Assembly: GCF_009914755.1 (NCBI RefSeq)
Contig: NC_060931.1
DNA: 64,000 nucleotides
Reading direction: 5' to 3' (one strand)
Origin: the human T2T-CHM13v2.0 reference genome, Homo sapiens
Made by a program: the position numbers and the translations under genes. Below the pieces are notes generated by a model that saw only the letters and a list, made by a program, of their open reading frames with translations, ran no database searches and was not told the origin of the DNA. Below, in pieces: positions 40,334 through 57,542 of the stretch. Position 1 is the stretch's first letter. Each line of letters starts with the position of its first letter.

Positions 40334-40522
40334 CAGTGGTTCTCAAACTTCAGCAGGCCTAAGAATCACCTGGAGGGCTCCTTAAAAGAGAGATTGCTGA
40401 GTCCTAGACCCAGAGTTTGAGATTTGTTAGATTTGGGGTGGGGCTTGAGAATTTGCATCTCTAACAAGTTTGCAGGTGATGCTGATGCTGCTGGCCCAGG
40501 GACCATGCTTTGAGAATCACTG
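40334..40522. mobile_element. MER5A-like hAT-Charlie MITE
   Basis: TIRs CAGTGGTTCTCAAA...TTTGAGAATCACTG, internal 'gaatcacctggagggct' and 'gaatttgcatctctaacaag'; 189 bp. Confidence 0.9.
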
Positions 40523-40999
40523 AGCTTAAAGATTTGGGAAGAAGATGGTGAGAATTGAATCTGGAGAGGAAGGCAGATTGTAGGCCAAGTTAAGAAACCT
40601 GAATTATATTCTAAGGGGCATTGGGAAGCCACTGGAAGTAACATGTTTTGGCAGGTGTTTTAGAAACATTGCTACACAATGATGAGAGTGGATTATGGAG
40701 CAGGTGGAGCACTTACCCTTCCTGGAGGCTAGGAGATAGTTAGATGCCTTTCTGGGTGAGATATGTGAGGGTGATTGGAGAAGGTGAGGAGATTGTTTCT
40801 CAAAGTTCTTAGAATTGTATGGATTTGAGAAATGTTTAGGTGGAGGGACTGGCAATTGTTTGGATATGAGCAAAGGGGTGGTGAGGGAGAGGGAGAAATG
40901 AAAGGTGTCTAGGCTTGGAGAATCTGCTAAAGAGGGCTGTATTTATGGATATGGGGACCAAGAAACAGAAGCAATATGAATAGAAAAACAGGGAATTCA

Positions 41000-41328
<329 letters not shown>

Positions 41329-42538
41329 TCAGAGAGTCCATTTAAAGCTGTGGTTTCCATTTTATATTGTAGGAGAAATCTGGAGAGTTTTCTTCAAAGT
41401 GGAGTGACAAAAGTCATGTTTATCCTAATCATCATTTTCAGGCCTTGAATCAATTCATGTAATAAATGTATTTTTTATATTAGCCCTTTCTTAAGAAAGG
41501 TCTGAGTAATGTCTTCTGCACTCAATACTGCCTATGATGGGACAACCAGGTTCCATTTTAAAAGTTTGAAAATATCTGTACTGCTTTCTCTTCTAATGGA
41601 AAACATCATTTCCTGATGTTTTCAATCCCTGTCAAGAATTGCATAATGGATGATTTAGTTATGAACTGGAAAAATAATTCCCTCCTTTACACATGAAGAA
41701 CTAGAAATTCATAGAAAAAGGCCAGCATCCTTGAAGGAAAAAAAAAGTTCACAGAAAAATAAATACAGATCTCCTTAAATATCTCAAAGTGTACTTAAAC
41801 TCATAAAAAGAGAATGAAAATTAAAACACAGTAGAAGAAAAGTGCTGAAAAGCAGGGGCAGAAAGCTAAAAGAGAATGCTACTGGGATTCTCCCACCCAG
41901 CTCCTTCTCTCACACCCAGAAATCCTTCCCTGGAAAACAGTGTGAGTAATGAAAACTACAAGTAGCCACAGAAAGGTAGAAGTGGCTGGTGTGGCGGTGG
42001 GTTACTTTTAAGCTGTTACTTTTTCATTGCTTTGCTGAGTAGAGTAGATATTCACTAGCCTAGGTTGGCTGTGACTCCAAGATAGGACTCAAACTGAGCA
42101 AATCAAAGTCCAGAGAAAAGAATCAGCTTTATATGAGTTGCAATTAAGGATTAATCCATATGCAACATGAAAAAAATACTGTATTATAGCTTATATTTAA
42201 TCTTTCTTACTCCTTGTATTAAGTATTCATGTTCACATTTGTTATAAAAGAGCTGAGGTTTTGTAAAAGTAAAAAAACAATTATTGTCACTAAACGGAAT
42301 CTTGGAGTAAAAAGAATTAACACATACACACCTGTAAGACCTATATTCACCTCATGGTGTCATATCCCAATTACAGTTTCAGTTGTTTTCAATTGTTCAG
42401 CTCAGTATAAGATCAGAGAGAAGACACCATAAATAAGTGCACAATATACTGAGTTTGATAGAATTCCTCATGGTCCAGAGAAGCCAAAAATCAGAGATTA
42501 TTCATTTTTTTTATTTCTAAGATAAATAATATATGTGC

Positions 42539-42573
<35 letters not shown>

Positions 42574-42873
42574 GTTGTTGTTGTTTGAGACAGAGTTTTG
42601 CTCTTGTTGCCCATGCTGGAGTGCAGTGGTGTTACCTTGGCTCACCGCAACCTACCTCTGCCTTCCGGGTTCAAAGGATTCTCCTACCTCAGCCTCCCGA
42701 GTAGCTGGGATTACAGGCATGCACCACCACGCCCGGCTAATTTTTGTATTTTTAGTAGAGACGGGGTTTCTCCATGTTGGTCAAGCTGGTCTCAAACTCC
42801 CGACCTCAGGTGATCCGCCCACCTCAACCTCCCAAAGTGCTGGGATTACAGGAGTGAGCCACCGTGGCTGGCC
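42539..42873 (-). mobile_element. AluS (Sp/Sq-like) with a T-run plus (TTG)n tail
   Basis: Antisense Alu; TSD ATATATGTGCTT / ATACATGTGCTT. Confidence 0.95.
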
Positions 42874-43034
42874 ATACATGTGCTTATTAACTTACATATA
42901 CTTTTGTCCAAATAAATTTTTTTAAAATACTTGCATGCTTTATTCAAAATACACTGTGAGTACATGTCTATGCTAATATTCTGTAGTATCATTTGAAGTG
43001 GCTATATTATCTTATAGAGGTGCCCTGATTTTGT

Positions 43035-43505
43035 TTTTAAAAATAAATATCCTCTGCAGAACACACTGTCAAGAGAATGAGAAGACAAGCAACAGACTGG
43101 GAGAAAATATTTGCAAGAGACATACCTAACAAAAGATTGTTATTCCAAATATTCAAAGCACTCTTAAAACTTAATAAGAAAACAAAACAACAACAAAAGG
43201 AAGATTTTTAAAATGGGCCAATGGTATAAACAGGCACCTTATCAGAGAAGACATACAGATAGCAAACAAGCATAATGTTCAACATTTTATGTCATCAGGT
43301 AATTGGAAATCAAAATGAGATACCACTTCATAATAGTATAATCCAAAATACTGACACCACCAAATGCTGGCCAGGATGTGGAGTAATAGGAGCTCTCATT
43401 CACTGCTTGGTGCAAATGCAAAGCAGTATAGCCACTTGGAATAATTTGGCAGTTTCCTTCAAAATTAAACATACTTCTACCATATGATCCAGCAAATTGT
43501 ACTCC
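43035..43505 (+). mobile_element. Old L1M ORF2 3' fragment
   Basis: 'acagactgggagaaaatatttgcaa', 'gaaatcaaaatgagataccac', 'accatatgatccagcaa'. Confidence 0.8.
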
Positions 43506-43509
43506 CCAG

Positions 43510-43838
43510 TGTTTTTTGAGGGGGTAGTGAAAGAGTACAGGTGTAGAGTTGTTACCTGGGTATACTGCATGATGCTGAGGTTTGGGATATGGATGGTCCT
43601 GTCACCCAAGTGATGAGCATAGTACCCAACAGTTAGTTTTTCAGCCCATAGCCTCATTCTCCCTTCTGTCTAGTGGTCCCCAGTGTCTGTTGTTCCCATT
43701 TTTGTCTATGTGTATTCAATGTTTAGCTCCCACTTATAAGTGAGGACATGCAATATTTGGTTTTCTGTTCCTGCATTAATTTGCTTAGGATGACCTCTAG
43801 CTGCATCCATGTTGCTGCAAAGGACATGGTTTTGTTCT
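43510..43838 (-). mobile_element. L1 (old L1PA/L1PB-like) 3'UTR fragment in the opposite orientation
   Basis: 'tttagctcccacttataagtgagg', 'gctgcatccatgttgctgcaaaggacat'. Confidence 0.8.
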
Positions 43839-44999
43839 AAAATTTGTAATAAATGCAATAGAAACCAAGTTTGTTTTATGCCTACTGTATTCCAGTACTT
43901 TTTATAAATGTAGCTTTTTAGATAGTCTGATATAATCTCATAAAATCTAAAACATCTAGTTCTTCATTTGGATCCCTAGGTCTGCAATATTTAATCTTGC
44001 TGTATTCATCTGTGACTTAGCATTTTCCCATGGACAATGTAAACAAAAAAGAAAATAATTATTTTAGCATGAAATAAATCCAATACAATATGTAGCAAAC
44101 TACTTAAATATATAAATAACAACACAGGCCAAATGGATACAGGCCAAATTTAAGAATACTACTGAAATTTAAATTTAAAATCCATTAAATGATTCATCTA
44201 AAAGCAGAACTCAAACATATCTACAAAACATGAAGAAACTGTATACATCAGGAAAAACAGTAATAAAATACTAGTTCGTTCTATGGCAGTAGCATCATGT
44301 AGTGGTTAGCGGTACAGGCTCTGGCATCAGAAATAGACTGAATATCTGTGAAATGTTAACAGTGATATAATATCAATACTTACTCCAGGCTGCAATTAGG
44401 ATTAAATAAGATAACGAATGTAATACTTTCATTGCATTGTTTGGCATATTGTAATTAACTGACAAATATTTTCATGATGATGATAGGGAAAAAGTATGAG
44501 AAGTGAAGTAAAGTGGTTTGATAAATTACAATGGAAAGAAACACATGAAAGTCTCTCTCTAGGGCTTATGATGATTTTATAGGAGGTACAGTGAGCAGAA
44601 AAACTCTCCCTCTGTGAGCTGGGCACGCGGCCCTGATCCTAGCATTGCTGCTGCTTAACCATGTGGTCACGGACGACTGACTTCATTCTCCTGGCTTTAG
44701 TTCACAGTTCTGTTCAATGAGGAGGTGGCAAGACCTTCCTGTCCCAACCCTTATTTCCTCTTTGTCTCTAAAGTGGACTCCCATTAAGGAAGAGAGCTGA
44801 TGGAAACCTCCTTAGGAACTGGGAATTTGAGTTGCAATATTTCATTGATTTTTGTTGTTGTTGTTTCAAATTAAGAGTCCATTCACTTTCAGCTTTCCAC
44901 AAGAGAAATTAATATGGCCATGCTTGCCTATCCAAACTCCATAAGGAAGCAGCTGCTTTCCCATTTCTCCTAGCCATATGCCTTCAGAATTAAACACAG

Positions 45000-45474
45000 A
45001 CAAAACTGGGATTTTAGTTAGTCTTTAATATAACTCCAACTTTTTAATGGTAAACAAAGATGTAAGTACAAAACATCAAAATACGTTATCAGTAGTTCTA
45101 AACAGCCATAGTAGTCACAGTGCCAGAAGTGAGGTCACTCACATTTTAAGGAAATATAATTCACTCTATTTCAGTGGAATCCATGTTCTGGCAGTTGGAA
45201 GGCAAAGGTGAGGCTTACTTTGTGCAAAATGTATTCACTTTATTCGAAAGCAGCTTTCTTTTCTGTCCCTTGCTTGGCATTTTAAAGAACCTGTTCATTT
45301 TCCTTTTTTGTTAAAAGTGCTCTAAGAACTAAAAGGGCCGTTCCTTACTGGAATAAAATTAACTACACATGCCATACATTTCTGGGTCAATGTTGCTGGT
45401 TAAATTCCCTCAGAATTAGCAATTCATAGAAAATTAATTGTTAAGTTATCGCACTTTCATGCCAAAAGTACAAT
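45000..45474 (-). other. PON2: PON2 3'UTR with tandem polyA signals: AATAAA at 45239-45244; ATTAAA at 45043-45048 and 45024-45029
   Basis: Lies downstream of the TAA stop; TTTATT and TTTAAT on the + strand. The 3' end is approximate. Confidence 0.75.
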
Positions 45475-45633
<159 letters not shown>

Positions 45634-46242
45634 CTATTCAGGGGATACAAAGTATGAATATAAGACCACCGTACATGCATGTCACTCAATCATCAATAAG
45701 CCCTGTTTTCCACAATGACACACTGATTAAGGGGACATGCTGTTGAAAATAGCAGTTACCAATCTTTTTAATGTTTAAATTAAAGTACTTTCTCCAATCT
45801 TCAAAGAAAGTACTTTCTTAAAACCATCTAGTTATTCCATGCCAACACAGGATTTAGTGTTATTATAGCAATTCAGCTTTAATAGAAATACTTTCATACT
45901 AATGTGCCTACTTTCACACTACTTCAACATGAACAAATATCACATCATGTGGTGAGCTGACAATAAATCAGATATTTTAAAAATTGCCAGTATACCACCC
46001 AAGAAGGGCACATGTCTTTATAAAAATGCCTTTTGACTAGTTTCCACCATAATTTAATACATCAAAAGATTACCTTTCTTAAAGTATTTGAACAATGTAA
46101 CATTCTGCCAATTATTGGCTTAACGCAATTACAAAACCACGACATAAGCTTATTATATTATTGCTTTAAAATAACTAAACAAATCATCCCTGTGACAATT
46201 TATTGTATTATTAGTTCAAAAGGACTTGAATAATTAAGTTTA

Positions 46243-46410
<168 letters not shown>

Positions 46411-47131
46411 TCAAAATCTAAATGACATGAGAAACTTGATTAAATAATTTAGAGGTAACCTTCCTGCCTCTATGCATGTGAGGAAATTACACATCGCCCT
46501 GCTTCCACCTTCTAACACCAATATTGCTTAAAAGGAATGTATTAAAAACTGGTTTGGAGCCACTTTTCTTCTTCCCTGAAATTAAGAAAGTTAGGGTGAT
46601 AATCGGTCTCTGTAAAAATCTATCTTAAAAACTGAACTCCTTTTCCTTTAAAAGATGCACAATGATCAGTTAGCTCAAGGAACTCAATCAAAGCAAGATA
46701 GGAAATTCTTAATCAACCTAAAATATGTGTTGTTGAGTAGGAAGAAAATAATAATGGTGTGGAACCCAATTTCTACCTTCATTTATTATTGAAAGAACTG
46801 ACACTGTGCATAAACCTTCATTTGAGAATTCATCTATTAGTATTTTCAATTGTGAAAATTCTTATTGGAATTCTTCCACTGCCATCAATACTTCATGGAA
46901 TGGGCCCTACATCTGATGAATATCACTCTCAACCTGCTGCTGCATGTAATCATGGTCAGTTCTTGAGATCGCTGGAAACAGGAGCTTTCTCTAGTTGTAG
47001 GGAGTATTTAAAAACCCAGAATAGCTACACTGGCATCCATATTTTGTTCTACGTGTGGTACTCTTATAGAAAAACTATGTCATTGCAAAGCATAATAGAT
47101 TACTGTCTATATGTAAAAATAAATATTTTAC

Positions 47132-47213
47132 CTTCAACTGAGTTAAATTCATATTAGTGTGTTTTTCCAAAACATGAATTTCATGAGCCAATATGTCAGC
47201 AACATAGATATAC
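47132..47213 (-). CDS. PON2: PON2 exon 7 ([27 protein letters not shown])
   Basis: 82 nt with AG/GT boundaries. Confidence 0.96.
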
Positions 47214-49175
47214 CTTTGCAGAAAGGACACAGTGGTTAGAGCTCCATGCCAATATAAAGCTTCATTAATACAGTGTGAAAGAATAAGTCTTAATAACCTG
47301 CCAAGAAGTTAATCAATCATGGGCCCTCAAGGAATGCTTGATAAAGGTCAATTTTTATTTAAAAAGTAAGCTTTCAGAATCAATTCAGTGGTGCTACAAC
47401 AATCATGGAATTATTAAATTGTTTTTCAAAAAGCTTGTAAGGAAAAATAATATAGAACATCATTTTGAATATGAAGTCCATATTTGCCACTGAAATGACA
47501 ATAAAACAAATGCTTGGCTTCAGAAGAAAAGCTTTTACATTCCACAATATAATTTGATACTTCTAATTATCATGTACATATAGAAATATATGGTAAAGAA
47601 CATCTTATTAAAATAGTGATCATTCCTTAATATTCAATAAAATATTTATTAATACATAGCGAATTTTAAGAGTAAGAGATAAGTATCAATGCAGAATAAT
47701 CTGTCTACTTCAAAGGTGAGTGAATTAACAGACTATTTTGAGGTAATTTTACTCATTGAATTGACTTTCCATGGCACCTGCTCTGTTGAGCAATTATGTG
47801 TGAAAAGCCATGAACTCAGTGTTGCAGCAGATATAAACATGAAGAAGACACAGCCTCTCTCCTTGAAAGTTTATAGTGTGTTGGAACAAATCTCACTGGT
47901 TTGTACACATTAAACACCTAATAAGCATGAGAAATAGTTCAGGTCTAGAAATAGCTAACTTCCGAGGACACAGAAAGGCTCACCAAGGAAGGGGCATCTG
48001 CAGTGGCTGTGTAAAGAGAGATGAGATTTGAGATGAGGACGGAGGAGGCACTTCCCAGGCAGAAGCAAGCACAAGAGCAGAATCACAGGAGCAAGAAGAG
48101 GAAGGAATGTTTAAAACAATGAGTTCTTTGTCTAAAGCATAGAAAGCATGGAAATAGTAGAAAAGGGAGGTTGGAGGTGGCCTGTTAAACAAAGTCCAAC
48201 CCTTTACCCTGCCTTGATTTGATAAGCAATTGGATTCCACTGAAATCTTAGAATAATAAAGTGGCAACAAATGGTCAGTTCTGTTCCACAATTCCTGAGC
48301 ATTTGCTTTGTGCCTGGCACTGTACTGGCATAAGGAGTCAAAGGTGAGGAAGACAGAGTTCCCTCTTTGGGGAGCCCTTCAAGGCTAATAGAGATAGACA
48401 GACAAAATTGGCAAGAGTGAAAAAAATCCAAGTAGACAGAAAACAAATTGGAAGAAAGTCTCATATGCTAGTCAGAGAGGATGACAACCTAAATTAGGCA
48501 GGTCTCACTCAAAGGGAAAGGAGTTTGGGGGTAGAGGAAGGAGGCACAGGTAGAACCAACAGGACCTGCCTACAGGCTGGATAGGAATGGTGAAAGAGGA
48601 GTAAAAGCTGATTCTCCCTTTTCATTATTGTTATTTTTTTGTTAGCTTGGGTGATTGGAAAGTTTGACTCTCATAATGGAAATATAAGAGTGAAAAACAG
48701 ATTTGGCTGCAGAGGTTGGATCAGGTCAGTTAGAGACAATTTAAATTAAATGATTCTACATTCTTTTTCTATAGTCAACAAGAAAGGAGGAGAAATTGGA
48801 TTACAAAAATAAGGGCATTTAGTTGTCAAGGAGTGCCAAATTTATTTTATGTTGTATTTGTAGTAGTTTAAATTTTTCAGTGTGCTGAGGCAGTAGATAA
48901 GAAAGCTATCAAGAATTTAATATCTTCTCTTATAGGTTGTGGTTGTGCATATAAAAATAATGAGATAATTCTGGAGGACAATTTGGCAATATCTATTAAA
49001 GTTAACATTTAAAAGAATCACACTGTTTGAGCAAATAGTTCTATTTCTAGGGGTCTGTTCTACAGAAAAGTAGCTCATAGAACCATTTAGCCAGTGCCCT
49101 GGGTGGGATTTGAACCCAGGCCTGTATGAGTCCAAAATCTGCAAGTTTAACCATTATGTTATAATACTCTCTTAG

Positions 49176-49518
<343 letters not shown>

Positions 49519-50032
49519 TTAAAATTCCATGGTAAATAAGAAGTATAAAATATTTTTTATGTAGAACTCCCCACCCCTATACACATATCCATCAATAGAG
49601 AATTGGTTAAATTAGTTTAAGATCATCCTTATAATGGAATAATATATAGCCAATAAAAATAATACATTTATTTAAAAGGAAATACCTGATACTTCAATAT
49701 GTATGCATCAGTATGATCACACTTTAAAATTTATATTTATAAAATTAAATTTGACAATGATGTATTCCAAACTTTATATATTATATATAAATACATATAT
49801 ATTACTGTATTATATAGTTTACTTAAATATGGTATTGTATTTGCATATAAATACATGTGACTAAGTATATGTAAATATATATACAAAACATATATAATTA
49901 TATATATAGTGTATCTATATATTATATGTATAATATACCATAAATGTCAAGAAAACTATTTTCACATTGACAAAGAAAGCAAAGTAAAGAATTTGGCCAG
50001 CACCACAACTGAAGAAAAATGAAGATATTCTA

Positions 50033-50470
<438 letters not shown>

Positions 50471-51772
50471 TTATGGCAGGATTACCATAAGAGAAGAAAG
50501 AACTTAGTGCCATCAGGGCATGTTTTTTGACAGCAAGAAATGTAGGGTTTAACAATTATACGTAAGGACAGAGCTGTCCACAGTACAGAGCTGGAGAGAG
50601 CCTGATTGGCTGGTGAGCTGGTTAGGCAGTCAGTAACATTTACCTAGCTTCCATTTACTCAGTTCCTGGATTTTTCTAATTTCCCTGGCTTAGTTATTAG
50701 TCAAACTAAGGTTGACTGTTCAATTTCTACCTGCTTCACAAAGCTGACATGCCGAGAATGAACAGGCACTCAATAAACACTTGCAGAGAGATGGATGATA
50801 AAATTGCCATAGTACAATGCTTCAGGTGAGAGATTTATATGCTAAAAACAATTTCATTTTAAGACCAGTTAGGTGAGGGTGTTATTAAATTTAAATTCCA
50901 ATTACTCTATGCAAAAATTTCTGAAAGAGCTGCTTTATTCTTTGCTAAATGAAAAATATAGAGCTACAGGGAAGGTAGGTCTCATTTTTCTGAAAGAGCA
51001 CCATAATGCTTGGATGGTATTTATGCTCCTATTTTTTTTTATCAAGTGCATTTTTGGAAGGAATGATTGGAAGTTACATGCTTATGCCCTAGATAGGCAT
51101 AGATAGGCCCTAGATAGGCAATATTTTTAATTTCATTAGAAATGAAATTTCATTAGAAATTAAAAATATTCATCAAGTTTAAACTAAAAGAAGCAGTAGG
51201 CTAATACACACTGAACTGGGGGTGGGGGTACACATGATTCTCTCTTAGCCACATTTTCAACCAGCTTTATGTTCTTGAAGTGTAATGACTCACTCTCAAC
51301 TTGAGTGGCTCTAATTCTGTGGGATTACTAGCATGCAACCATCACTAACCCTATGAAAGCGATTGGTATAAAGTCCCATGCAAAGCATACAAACCCAATA
51401 AAAAACAGGCCATTCTTCCTTGGCAAGACACTCATCTGGGTGATGAGTCATCTAAGATGGAGGGTGACAGCAGGAAAAAATGTTAGGGTTTGCCTTCTAC
51501 CCTCAAGATGGGCCTGAAGAGTATCACCCTGTAGTCGGGCACTTCATCATTTCTCAAAGGAGTCCGCATAGAACAGTGAATAGTATGAGTGACATCAACT
51601 TTCATATGCCATGCTTGCCCTGGTTTATAAGGAAACTATACACACACATTTATAAATAAGGAAATATAAGCTCTTTAGCTCTTACATATTAGCTAATATA
51701 TACATTAGCGCTTATAAAAGATGACAGGACAACCCACCATAGGGATTGTTTGCAAATGCTGGGGATAAATTA

Positions 51773-51946
<174 letters not shown>

Positions 51947-52430
51947 TTAATTTACAAGACATAACTACGGGACCTCTGGGCAGGCACTGACATTTAAATA
52001 CCACAGGCAAGGAAAGGTTGAATGTATAAGCTGTTAGACGACCTAACAGATCATTCTCTGTCTTTCCTATTGCTGTCCGTCTGGTGTTATTTCTGATCAT
52101 TGGCTCCCTGACCTTTAAGAAAGTGTTTCCTACTCCATATACAGAATTCATGCATAATCTGTTTCTACTTTAATTCAAAAATACAGTTCTTTTTTAAATG
52201 TGATGATCGTAGGTATATGAAAAGATTATGAAATCTAAACATTCTTTCAGGTGTTACCTGTTAGGAATTTCAAAATGTAGCATAACTTACTGCCAGCTGA
52301 AGAGGCAAATGAACAAGTTCTTTGTAATGAAGAATACAGAAATCACTCATGAGTTAATTGTTCTTCTCTTCCTAGAAATATGATCCAAATCTATTTTTCA
52401 CAGTCATTTGTGAACCATCACACGTTACTA

Positions 52431-52658
<228 letters not shown>

Positions 52659-53141
52659 TTAAGTATTTTTATGGACTAACATGGGAACTGTACATGAAGG
52701 ATAAATAGAGATTGTGGTTAAAGTAGTGGCATAAAGCCACAAAAACTCAAAAAACAGAGAAAAGATAACAGAAAAAATAATAACGGGGAGGTGGAATACT
52801 GAAAGCCTGAAAATAACTGAAAAGAAGATCAGGGATTTATTCTCTTCAGAGAGTAATCAGAAGGTTGGTGGACTAGGTGATTCCAGGGAGAGCTGAGGGT
52901 GGAGAAAAGTGACATCTACATACTGACTGTGGAAATTTGTTCACTGCTAGATCCCAGTGCCTGGAACAGTGCCTGGCATACAGTCCATCCTTCTCCCACT
53001 GATTCAAAATATCACCTTTATCATGTGCTAGATCTCTGACATTTACATATTGGTCTATTTAGGGACTCTCTGTTTTGTTATTTTAATGTCTCATGTCTAT
53101 TCCTGTGCCAATATAACACTTTTTAAATTACTACAGCTTTA

Positions 53142-53448
<307 letters not shown>

Positions 53449-55816
53449 AATGACAGTTTTGTCTTTTTCTTTTCTATCTCACATTTCTTTTTCTCGTTTT
53501 ACTGAATTACTAAGAACTCTAGTAGATTACTGATGGTTGTGGTGTTGGGTATTTTCTTCCTGTTCTGAGCATTAATGCAAATGCAGCCAATGCTTCACCA
53601 TCAAGAATGATGTTTGCTGTAGTTTTGTGGGAATTTTCCTTATCTTTCTAGTTTGCTTGGAACTTTAGGAATGAGTATTGAATTTTATTAAATGCTTTTT
53701 GGTACTCACTGAGATGATATAGGTCTTTTCTCTTTTAAATCAGTTAATAAATTACCTATCAGTCTATCTAAAATGGTGATTCATCATTACATTCTTAAGG
53801 TAAAGCCTTCTTGGTGATGTTAAATTTTATGTGAATGCACTACCTAATTCAGTTTACTAATACGATGCAGTCATATTTACACAAATTTAGGCACACAATA
53901 AAAAAGTCTTACTTTATGTATAAAATTGGACATAAGAGGAAATCTCTCCAATTAAAAAAGATTATCTACAATTGTATATTTTCATGGAGGGCAAGCCTGG
54001 TAAGTAGAACAAACTGGAATTATGCTATTGTTACATGGCAGTGCCACTTCAGTTAATCCCTATTCTTTATGAATGTCCCCAAAACAAAAGCATGATTTAC
54101 ATGCAAAGGAAGCACTATCAGATGGTGATAACTAGTCATGGTTATGTTCGCACTCCTTATTTATTTAAGTATTTTTTCTCTTTTTAAAAATTTATTTTTA
54201 ATTATGATAAAATACATACAACATTCATCACTTTCACCATTTTTAAGTGTACAGTTCAGTGGTGTTAAGCACACTCACATTGTTTACATTTTTTATATTT
54301 TATTCTATGTCATCCAATTCTTCATGAAGTGTGACATTAGTTTTGAGGTGACCCTCAACCCATAACTGTAAAATAGGTTGGGTTAGATGAGCTAAAATGC
54401 TAGGAAGAAGAATGAACAACCTCCACAATGTAGGACCTCTTTATTTAGAAGAGAGTACACTCTAGGTTTTATTAGAGACAATGCCAAGTAAATGAAAAAC
54501 AGCAGCAAACTGGGAATGTTTCTAAATTTTAAAAAAAGTCAAATGAGCAAAGGAGGGTAACAGAAAAAAAGCAGAAAAAGTTCTATTGATATGGCTATAA
54601 GATCTTTGTAACTATAACATGCCCCCAAGCTAAAATGGCTGTAGATTTATGTGTTTGGAGACCTCATCCCTCCTACTTCAGATTTATTACTATGGGGGCT
54701 GGAGAGAAATCTTGAAATAGGTGAATTCTAGATTATAAAAATCTCCAAGAACACATCCTTGCAAAACAACAACAAAAAACACAAATAAACAAATAAAAAA
54801 ATCAATGCAACTGCCTTCTACTTTATTCAGAATGTTTGCATCTTTACTTATGAATATTTTAGACTAGTGGTCCCAGTGGTTTTTCCTAAGCCACACATGT
54901 GCAAGCATGTGCTCCTAAACAAACCCAGAGTCCTACTATAAATATCACTTTATTCATTCTGTGTAGGCAATTAAATAAAACATTCCTTTTAAAACCTTAT
55001 TTTAAAAACTAAATACATATACTGGTGTTTCTGCTAAAGCCCACAGTATCTCTTTATTGCCTCAGTGGTAATAACCAGCTGCTCACTGTCTTTCACATAA
55101 AAACCATCAGGAACCTGAAGAGTGTTCTAATTCTCATTCTACTCCAACCTGAGTTCTCTCACCTTTCTCATAAGTCTAACAACTATTTTATTAGTGTGGT
55201 GACTCCCTTCTAAGTATCTCCCAGTATTTCACATCCCTCTTGAGTCTCAGAGCCTGAAAATAATGGATGTTGAGAGGAAATGGAATAATTACAGTCAGGT
55301 GTCAGAGTTGGTTACTTCTTCCTCCAGAAAAACTGGACCTATGAAGATGCCAAGAACTCCTATGTCTGCCCAAGCCAGGGAGGTAGGTGGTCAGAACCTC
55401 CTCATCTGTCCCCTTATCTGGATTTCCAATTAGAATGGACATTGTTACAAGCTAGTTTCAACAATATTCACAACAATATTCACAAGCCAATTGTTTTTAA
55501 AGTCTTTCTATTGTATACCCAGAAAGGATATTGTTTTTCAGCTTACAAGAATCAAGGCAAAATGAAGGGTGTAAATAAACTCAATGACTTTCCACTTATG
55601 ATTGGCTATTCAGGGGAAAAAAGAAAGAAAGCAAAAGGGCAAGGTTGGTATAATATTTGAAAATAAATAATAATGGCAAGAATATTTGCTTCAAGTTGAA
55701 TAGTAATAGAAAGATGAGTAGATGCTGTATTTAAAATAGTATAATGTTAGTATTGAGTATCCACAGTAAGACCTCAAATATCCCTCTTAATAGTGCACAT
55801 TTAAAACACAGATTGC

Positions 55817-56189
<373 letters not shown>

Positions 56190-56386
56190 CTATCTCAATG
56201 GGCAAAGAGTCTTCATCTCTACATTTAGAAAAGCTGGAGGAAGTTTTCCAAGATCTTGTTTGACCTCTCTTTTCTTCAGAATGCATTTTGGAAAATGAAT
56301 TTTAAAAGCAACTTACTGTTCTGCAGCCCTCATCAAATACCCTTGTATCTCCTCTGCTGAATTTGGGGAAGGAAGAAGACACTCAC

Positions 56387-56442
56387 CACACTAAAAAAAG
56401 CCAGACCATTGGGAAGTATGTCAATATCTTCAGAGCCAGCTT
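56387..56442 (-). CDS. PON2: PON2 exon 3 (AGSEDIDILPNGLAFFSV)
   Basis: 56 nt, CAG acceptor, GTGAGT donor. Confidence 0.97.
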
Positions 56443-57542
56443 CTGTAAGTTTAAGGAACAGATAAATGTCATGTTCAAGTTCTGTTATTTGTTACACAGA
56501 GCATAACTGGGACTCTGTTTACTTTATCAGAGTGACTGTATCTTTAGGGATGGTTCTGATGTTTTTTCCAAGGAACCATTCTTTTTAATAAATGTCAGTT
56601 TAAACCCCTTCCTGAAGTGAACTTCTGACTTTAAATGTTAGATATTTTATGTTTACTCAAATCAAAGTCAAGTTATCACCACATTTCCAGCTATAATACT
56701 GAAAAAGTTGACATCTGTACACTCTCATGATAAACATCCAGATGTCCGTATAAAAGTAATTGACATCAGGGGAATATTACTTTCTGAAGGAAGGGCTCAT
56801 AGGCATTTAACCATGCAAATATCCTTGTCCTCTTCTTTGCTCATTCAATCTGAAGCAAACAGACATCTTTCTCATTAACAGAGGTAAAACACCTGGGATT
56901 ATATATTCCTTCTTTTAAAAACAGTGCCTACTTGTGCTCATAAGCAAAGAAAGCTTTTCTATTTAATCTTTAAATTTAGGCTTTAAATTAGAGAAAAAAA
57001 CTAGCAGAAGAAAATTAATGAAAAATACCATGCACCTAAGCCAGTTGAAGTTTCTAACTCCTGTCTCTGAGGCAGGCTACAATTACTATTGATTGTTTAT
57101 TGACTGTCTGCAGTACACTCCACACAGCACAGCAAATAATTAGACATAAGACTTTCCCCAGCAGTCTCACTGTATAAATTCTACAGACAGATAATAGACC
57201 CAAACACAAGAAAAGAAGAATAAAAATGGCTTAGATTAAGCCAAACCATGACACATTCTTTGAGTCTACAAAATCCAATCTTCCTCTTTAAGACTTCTCC
57301 ATAGGATTTCTTCAAGGTTATTTCTAGGTTGTCAAAACCAAACAGCATCTATCTATCCAGCCATTTTGGTCTTGCTTCATGAGTTTGCATTTAGCCAGTT
57401 GCCTCCAGTGTTGCTTGCTCCATCGTAGTGCAGAAAAACAAAACAAAATAAAAATGCCAAGAACTTCACATTGTAAAGATGACCCATCTGCCTGCTCCTC
57501 AGAAAGAAGATACACAGAAATAAGCTTAAGCATGGCATAGCG

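Noticed and set aside
42533-42925. 130-aa ORF, and similar ORFs at 49294, 55832 and 63265
   Set aside because: They are typical antisense-Alu translations.
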